From positions 56,856,001 through 56,920,000 of the forward strand of contig CM059438.1 of the NCBI GenBank assembly GCA_030390025.1: a DNA stretch of 64,000 nt, given 5' to 3'. This document shows, piece by piece, positions 55,840-64,000 of the stretch; position 1 is the stretch's first letter; the number at the start of each line of letters is the position of its first letter. Under the pieces are notes generated by a model. It was not told the DNA's origin. It did not search any database and saw nothing but the letters and a program-made list of their open reading frames with translations. A program made the position numbers and the translations under genes. The DNA is from Squalus acanthias (Eukaryota).

Positions 55840-58800
55840 AATAAGAACATAAGAAATAGGAGCAGGAGTAGGCCATTCGGCCCCGCGAGCCTGCTCCGCC
55901 ATTCAATAAGATCATGACTGATCATCTGCCTCAACTCCACTTTCCTGCACTATCCCCATATCCCTTGATTCCCTTAATATCCAAAAATCTATCGATCTCT
56001 GTCTTGAATATACTCAACGACTGAGCCTCCACAGCCCTCTGGGGTAGAGAATTCCAAAGATTCACCACCCTCTGAGTGAAGAAATTTCTCTTCATCTCAG
56101 TCCTAAATGGCCGACCCCTTATTCTGAGACTGTGACCCCTGGTTCTAGACCCCCCCCCAGCCAGGGGAAACATCCTCCCTGCATCTACCCTGTCGAGCGC
56201 TGTAAGAATTTTGTATGTTTCAATGAGATCACCTCTCATTCTTCTAAACTCTAGAGAATATAGGCCTAGTCTATTCAATCTCCCCTCATGGGACAATCCC
56301 CCCATCCCAGGAATCGGTCTGGTGAAACTTCGTTGCTCTCCCTCTATGGCAAGTATATCCTTCCTTAGGTAAGGAGACCAAAACTGTACACAATGCTCCA
56401 GGTGTGGTCTCACCAGGGCCCTATATAATTGCAGTAAGACGTCTTTACTCTTATACTCAAATCCTCTTTGTAATAAAGGCCAACGTACCATTTGCTTTCC
56501 TAATTGCTTGCTGTACCTGCATGTTAACTTTCAGTGATTCGTGTACAAGGACACCCAGGTCCCTCTGAACACTAACATTTCCCAATCTCTCACCATTTAA
56601 AAAAAAAAAAAAATACTCTGCTTTTCTATTTTTCCTACCAAAGTGGATAACTTCACATTTCTCCACATTATATTCCATTTGCCATGTTCTTGCCCATTCA
56701 CTTAGCCTGTCTATATCCCCTTGAAGCCTTCTTGCATCCTCCTCACAACTTACATTTCCACCCAGCTTTTATCAGCAGCAAACTTGGATATATTACATTT
56801 GGTCCCCTAATCCAAATCATTGATGTAGATTGTGAATAGCTGAGGCCCAAGCACTGATCCTTGCAGTACCCCACTAGTTACAGCCAGCCAACCCGAAAAT
56901 GACCCTTTTGTTCCTAATTTCTGTTAGTTAACCAATCCTCAATCCATGCTCGTATATTACCCCCAATCCCATGAGCCCTAATTTTGTTTAATGACCTCTT
57001 GTGTGGCACCTTATCGAATGCCTTCTGAAAATCCAAATACACCACATCCACTGGTTCCCCCTTATCTATTCTGCTAGTTACAACCTCAAAAAACTCGAAC
57101 AGATTTGTCAAACACTGTTTCCCTTTCATAAATCCGTGTTGACTCTGCCCAATCCTATTATTTTCTAAGTGTCCTGTTACCACGTCCTCAATAATAGATT
57201 CTAGCATTTTCCCTACTACTAATCTGTAACTGGTCTGTAGTTCCCTGTTTTCTCTCTCCCTCCTTTCTTAAATAGTGGGGTTACATTTGCTACCTTCCAA
57301 TCCGCGGGAACCGTTCTCGAATATATGGAATTTTAGAAGATGACAACCAATGTATCCACTATCTCGATAGCCAACTCTTTCAAAACCCTAGGATGTAGGC
57401 CATCAGGTCCAGGGGATTTATCGGCTTTCAGTCCCATTAATTTCTCCAGTATTTTTTTACTAATACTAATTTCTTTCAGTTCCTCATTCTTGCTGGACCC
57501 TTGGTTTTCCACTATTTCCAGGCGGTTTCTTGCGTTTTCTTCCGTGAAGACAGACACACAGTTTTTGTTTAATTTCTTTGCCATTTCCTTATTCCCCCTT
57601 ATAATTTCTCCTGTAAGGGACCCACATTTATTTTTGCTAATCTTTTCCTTTTTACATACCTATAGTAGCTTTTACAGTCTGTTTTTATGTCTCTCGCTAG
57701 TTTACTCTCATATTCTATTTTCCCTTTCTTTATCAATTTCTTGGTCCTCCTTTGCTGAATTCTAAAATTCTGCCAATCCTCAGGCTTACTGCTCTTTTTG
57801 GCAACATTATAAGCCTCTTCCTTCGATATAATACTATCTTTAACTTCTCTTGTTAGCCACGGTTGGACCACTTTTCCTATGGAGTTTTGTGCCTTAAAAG
57901 AATGTATATTTGTTGTAAATTATGTATTCTTTAAATGCTAGCCATTGCTTGTCTACCATCAGACCTTTTAATGTAGTTTCCCAATCTACCTTAGCCAACT
58001 CGCCCCTCATACCTATGTAGTTTGCTATGTTTAGATTTAAGACCCTAGTTTCGGATTTAACTAAATCACTTTCAAACTTAATAAATTCTATCATATTATG
58101 GTCTTCCCTAAAGGCCCCTTTACTGCAAGTTTATTAATGAATCCTTTCTCATTGCACAATACTAGATCTAAAATAGCCTGTTTCCTAGTTGGCTCCTCAA
58201 CATTCTGATCTAGAAAACTATCTTGTATACATTCCATGAATTCCTCCTCCACGCTATTAACTGCAAATTTGGTTTGCCCAGTCTATATGTAGATTAAAGT
58301 CCCCCATGATTACTGTATTACCCTTGTTACATGCACCTCTAATTTCCTGATTTGTATTCTGCCCTACATTACAACTACTGTTTGGGGGCCTATTTAAAAA
58401 CAACTCCCAACAATGTTTTCTGCCCCTTGCTGTTTCTTGGCTCCACTCAAACTGATTCTACTTCTTGATTTTCAGAGCCAAGATCCTTTATCCCATCCTT
58501 TATTATCAGGGTTACCCCTCCTCCTTTTCCATTTTGCCTACCTCTTCTAAAAGTTAAGTATCCTGGAATATTTAGTTCCCAACCTTGGTCACTTTGCAAC
58601 CACGTCTCTGTAATGGATTTTAGGTCAAACCTATTAATTTCTATCTGTTCTGTTAATTTATCTATTTTGTTGCGAATGCTTCGCCCATTCAGATATAGTG
58701 CCTTTAGCTTTGACTTTTTTTTCTATTTTTCTCTGTCACCTTCGTCACTGATGCCTATTACCTTTGTTACTCTCTCTGTCCCTTCTTGACCCACTCTGCT

Positions 58801-59205
58801 TATTTTTACCCAAAACTCTGCTCTGTGCTAGAGCCTTGATATTTCTCTTGCTGCTTTTAAAGTTACTCTTTCCTGAATCCTCCCACCCCCCTTTCATTTG
58901 TTTAAAGTCTACTGCCCTAGTTATTTGATTTGCCAGGGCACTGGTTCCAGCCCGGTTTAAGTGGAGCCTGTCCCAACAGAACAGCTCCCTCTTTTCCCAG
59001 TACTGGTGCCAGTGCCCCATGAAGCAAAACCCCTGCCTCCCACGCCACTCTTTGAGCCACGCATTTAACCTTCTAATCTGCTTATCCCTATGCCAATTGG
59101 CACGTGGCTCAGGTAACAATCCAACGATTATTACCTTTTGAGGTTCTGCTTTTTGGACCCCAACTCCTCAAACTCTCTCAGCAGAACCTCATTCCTAGTT
59201 CTACC
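55840..59205 (-). mobile_element. Degenerate near-full-length CR1 (end of ORF1 plus whole ORF2, many lesions)
   Basis: ORF pieces 58745-59119 (ORF1 esterase end), 57894-58094, 57599-57871, 57333-57584, 56914-57207, 56457-56678 and 55931-56491; tail ATAAGAACATAAGAA at about 55841. Confidence 0.93.
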
Positions 59206-61639
59206 TAAATCCAGTTTTTCCCCACAGAAGACTTCAAATGTAAAAATTGGAGAATCACGCAGGGAGATCATTTTTCCATTGTGCTTGCAGAGCGCAGACT
59301 GTTCGAAGCCACAATGTCAAAGAGCCTTTACACTGGGGAGTGTCACTGACTATACCAGACTCGGGCCTCGGGAGTTAACGACACTGCTCTAATACAAAAG
59401 CCCCTTAAATTAACGAGTTTCCTTGGAGCCCAGAAGTGCCATGTCCCTAATCTGGCAAGACACTGACTAATTTGAAGGATGATGGTTTGAACAATGTGAA
59501 CACTTAATAGTGGTACCCATTGTGGGGGAAGGTTCATGGTGTACTTTCTAATCTAAGCCTTTTCTGACTAAATCTGAGGGAGTTTGGCAGCTGCTTTGCA
59601 TTACTGGTAAATCCTGTCTAAATTCAAAAAGGTGCATCCTGGCATATCCCCATGAAATCACTTTTATTTTTAAATGCATTATTGTCAATATCCTTGCTAT
59701 TTTAATTGTGTGGAGCAGCTGCTGCCTCCTCTCCTGAGGATTGTGGCTCACAAATTGAAATAGCTGAAGTGGGGAGTGGAATTCCACACTCTGCACTCAT
59801 TCGATCACAGGGTAAGATGGGAAGTGCAAGGGGACTTAATTTAAGAAAGGAGTTGTCTTTCTGAAATGTGGTAAGGTATAGTTTGTTCCGTGCAGACTCT
59901 CGCCTCATCCTGTTGGTATCTGGGTGACAGCTAGTCGTACCCCAGCATCTCCCTGCTCACGTGTGACAGTGTTGTTTGTGCAGGCTGTGCTGCAGATTGA
60001 TGCTAGTTTCATTCCATGTTTGTAGGGTAAAGATCTATGTATTTGAGTTATTCCCGCAACATCAACAGCATGAATTAAGGCAGGCCATAGACTGGAATGG
60101 TCGGACATTACCTCCACATTTGCTGCCGTTCCCCTCAAGTTTCCAGTGCCAAAGACACAAGTACAGAACAGATCATTTACAACTAACTCTCCAAGATCAG
60201 AATCCTATTTTTCGCCATCCTCCCAAAAAATGCATTCCAGAAAATGCAATTCTGTAGCAGGGCAAATTGCATTTAATTCTTTTGAGAAAACTCAGTTTTA
60301 CGCAGAGTGATTTAAGATCCACTGTTCCACACACTTCCCCCAAATGATTGGCTTCACTTTAAGTGTTTGCCACTCACAGAAACGATCAGCTTGCTATCAC
60401 TAGCTGTCCCTAGCAAGTACTGTAAATAATGTAAAATGTCTGTGAAGCCTGCCGAGTGGTAAAGGATCTCCCTACAGGAGCCTGTGCTTTAATGCACTCT
60501 CCGTGTTGATGCATATCCTGGGTGGAATCGTGTTTCAATTTGAAAGATGCCTAAGTGGGCTCATTGGAATTCTGCACCCAGATGCACACTCTGCTGTCCA
60601 GCCCATCAGTAATGGTGTTTCCAGGCTACTGGCTCTGCGCCTTCCAGTGTAAGTGAATAATGAACAGCTTGAACCACAAGCTGCAGCAACTCTCACCAGG
60701 CTGAAAGCTGGCTCCCCTCTCTGGCTCTGCTGGTGTACATTGTGTTTAAGCGGGGTGAGATCACAAGTTGGTGTTTCACTCAGCGCCAGGATTCCGCCTG
60801 ATGGAAATGAGATTAGCATTCTTTTATTAAATCTAATCCCTGTTGGGTAATTAACGCTTGCTGTTTTGTCATCGTCAGCTGAGAGCCATTCCTGCTCATT
60901 TGACGTGGGGAGAGTTTGCTTGGAGGCAGTGAAGCCTTTCTAGTTTCTACAGAAAGCTGACCCTGAAGCCAGCTGCAGTCCTAGAGAGGCTGGTCCCATT
61001 AAGATGTTTCCTCTAAATCAGAGCTAGACAAACTGTGTGGAGAAAGCAGATTGCAAGAAACTCCACTAAAGTAAAGGGCGCACCACCCTCTTTCCTCAGC
61101 CCACCCTCCCCATGAAATATTTCCACATTCGCCCCCCAATGAACAGAAATAGTTGTCTTGATGCTAATAGCAGTGGGTGCTGGGTTTTCTTGTGCTGCTC
61201 TACTCCTTATTTGTAAGTTAGCTTCTTTTGAAGAATGTTTGTGATGACGTGGCTGGGCTAGAGGGAGGGGAAGCTCGGGGTGGGTCCCTCTGGAGCACTG
61301 CCTGGCTCGGGTTGGGCTGATCTTGCCATTTTAATTGTCGCTTTATTTGGCTTCCAGCTGATTCTGAAATCCTGTGCGACTGGGCCAGACATGAGCACCT
61401 GTCACACTGATTCTAAAAATGACTTTCCAAAGCTTCGGGTGGCCAGTCTTCCCTTTTCTGATTTCAGTTCCTTTTAAACTGCCGGTTGCAACTTAGTTTT
61501 GAAATTCATGTAATTCATGTTTACTTCCAGGGCATCACTTTTACCAGTTATTTAAAGGAGACCTTCTGTCTGGTCTCATGACTTTCCTGCCATGATTCTT
61601 CAGCAACCCTCTGTTTAGATCTGCAAATAGAGAAACTTG

Positions 61640-62545
61640 GGAGTTTTCCAATATATTACTGCGAGGAGAGCGAAAAGAGGCTGCAAAGGGATATAGACAG
61701 GTTAAGTGAGTGGGCAAGAACATAGCAGATGGACTATGATGTGGGGAAATGTGAAGTTATCCACTTTGGTAGGAAAAATAGAAAAGCAGAATATTTTTTA
61801 AATGGCGAGAGACTGGGGAAAGGTTGGTATTCCGGGAGTTCTGGGTGTCCTTTGTACACGAATAATTGAAAGTTAACATGCAGGTACAGCAAGCAATTCG
61901 GAAAGCAAATGGTATGCTAGCCTTTATTACAAAGGGATTGGCGTATAAGAGTAAAGAAGTCTTACTACAATTATATCAGGCCTTGGTGTGACCACACCTG
62001 GAGTATTGTGTACAGTTTTGGACTCCTTACCTAAGAAAGGCTATACTTGCCATAGGGGGAGTGCAATGAAGGTTCACCAGACTGATTCCTGGGATGGGGG
62101 GATTGTCCTACAAGGAGAGATTGAGTAGACTAGGTCTATATTCCCTAGAGTTTAGAAGAATGAGAAATGATCTCATTGAAACATATAAAATTCTTACAGG
62201 GCTTGACAGGGTAGATGCAGGGAGGATGTTTCCCTGGCTGGGGAGTCCAGAACCAGGGGTCACAGTCTCAGAATAAGGGGTCGGCCATTTAGGACTGAGA
62301 TGAAGAGAAATTTCTTAAGGGTTGTGAATCTTTGGAATTCTCTACCCCAGAGGGCTGTGGAGGCTGTCGTTGAATATATTCAAGACCAAGATCAATAGAT
62401 TTTTGGATATTAAGGGAATCGAGGGGTATGGGGATAGTGCAGGAAAGTGGAGTTGAGGTCGAAGATCATCCATGAGCTTACTGAATGGCGGAGCAGGCTC
62501 GAAGGGCCGAATGACCTACTCCTGTTTCTTGTTTTCTTATGTTAC
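61640..62545 (+). mobile_element. CR1 3' fragment
   Basis: RLSRLGLYSLEFRRMRNDLIETYKIL (62094-62276), flanking RT C-terminal homology and 3' UTR. Confidence 0.88.
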
Positions 62546-62650
62546 AGGAAGAGTGCATGCGTGTGTGTGCGTCCATTCGGTCCATCTCCTCTTATCCACT
62601 CAGCATTACCCTAAAGACCCCTTATTGCAGTGTCCAATTCATTTCAAGAT

Positions 62651-63200
62651 TCTCTGCACTGGCTCCAGTCCCTGACCCTGGAGACCAGGCTCGTGACTCC
62701 TCTCTGCACTGGCTCCAGTCCCTGACCCTGGAGACCAGGCTCGTGACTCCTCTCTGCACTGGCTCCAGTCCCTGACCCTGGAGACCAGGCTCGTGACTCC
62801 TCTCTGCACTGGCTCCAGTCCCTGACCCTGGAGACCAGGCTCGTGACTCCTCTCTGCACTGGCTCCAGTCCCTGACCCTGGGGACCAGGCTCGTGACTCC
62901 TCTCTGCACTGGCTCCAGTCCCTGGCCCTGGGGACCAGCCTCGTGACTCCTCTCTGCACTGGCTCCAGTCCCTGACCCTGGGGTCCAGCCTCGTGACTCC
63001 TCTCTGCACTGGCTCTAGTGCCCTGGCCCTGGGGACCAGCCTCGTGACTCCTCTCTGCACTGGCTCCAGTGCCCTGGAGACCAGGCTCGTGACTCCTCTC
63101 TGCACTGGCTCCAGTCCCTGAATGTCTCCGTGTCTCAGTGACCAGGACTGGATGCCGTGCTCGAGGTGTGGTCTGACCAGAGCTCCATACAGTTTAGTCA
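62651..63200 (-). repeat. 50-bp minisatellite (about 9.5 copies, 62651-63120) continuous with a CR1 fragment (63120-63200)
   Basis: Unit TCTCTGCACTGGCTCCAGTCCCTGACCCTGGAGACCAGGCTCGTGACTCC at 62651, 62701, 62751 and onward. Minus-strand translation LYGALVRPHLEHGIQSWSLRHGDIQGLEPVQRGVTSLV. Confidence 0.93.
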
Positions 63201-63649
63201 CAACGGGTATTGTATGGATTTGGCTCTGTCGTTTTGTGTTTTTTCTGGGTCAGAGTTGTAGAACCATTGATTCTTTTACACCAACATTTTCATTTTCTCA
63301 ATTTTTAAATTTTGGTGCAGAAAATTGTACTTTAATCTATAAAGGGTTAACCCAGTCAGGGTACGTTTTATTCGCACCTTGTGCATTAACTCTTGACCGA
63401 GGGCTGTCTCGGCCTGTGGTTTAGGTTATGACCAGGTACTCAGTGAGGCCTTGGGGTCCATTATCGGTCATTGGGTACAATATAAGTTTAGGTTCTAAGC
63501 TGCCATGTTACAAGCCTTTGAACTTGTTACCCATGACAGCAAGTGGCTCTGGAACCTACAACAGTGACTACACTTCAAAAGTACTTTATTGCCTGTGGTG
63601 TGCTTTCGAACATACGGAGGTCATGAAGGGTGCTATATAAATGCACGTT

Positions 63650-63719
63650 TGTTTTTCTTTCTTCTTTTTCTCTCTCTCTCACTCTCTTTCACTTTCTCTT
63701 TCTCCCTCCCCCTCTCCCC

Positions 63720-63780
<61 letters not shown>

Positions 63781-63795
63781 TCCTTTTCCTCTTCT
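63650..63795. repeat. Pyrimidine-rich tract with poly-C and (CT)n microsatellite
   Basis: (CT)n at about 63730-63776, preceded by C runs. Confidence 0.9.
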
Positions 63796-64000
63796 GACAC
63801 CCACTTCCAATGTGCGGAATGGGGAAGCCGTGGCCCTTGATGATGGTGCCCAACAGAGACTTTTTGATGGGAGCAGTGCCGATGCCCATGAAGGGTGGCT
63901 GAACTGACTCACTGATAGCACCACCCAAGCACAATGGTATCAGAAGTTTTGGCGATCTAGTTGTGTTGAGGATATTCTCTGGTAAAATGAGAAATTGGAA

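Noticed and set aside
62539..63201. Repeat-protein genes in several frames
   Set aside because: Artefact of a stop-poor 50-bp unit that shifts frame with each copy.

Overview
Repeat-dense vertebrate genomic DNA. The repeat set (CR1 and L2 LINEs, Deu-domain tRNA-SINEs, Penelope elements) points to a cartilaginous fish, which is an inference. One host gene is visible: the large first coding exon of taperin (TPRN, + strand, 26006-28504). It has a CpG-island promoter carrying CTCF, GC-box and RFX X-box matches, and its intron appears to run past the window end. The most unusual element is a decayed retrovirus-like provirus on the minus strand (about 2040-7906). It has a 5' LTR, a tRNA-Arg-type PBS, a gag with a CCHC knuckle and PSAP motif, and a UGA-CUAG gag/pol junction. 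Its RT resembles class III/spuma retroviruses, and it carries a degenerate RNase H tether plus a second RNase H and a Gypsy-like integrase, a combination suggesting the lokiretrovirus-like lineages near the base of Retroviridae. Also present: two solo LTRs with 4-bp TSDs (one about 830 bp upstream of TPRN, in sense), two Penelope pieces with hammerhead ribozyme motifs, a CR1 with both ORFs intact, two TIR MITEs and three minisatellites, one of them derived from CR1 coding sequence. Family assignments come from motif recognition only; no database searches were run.
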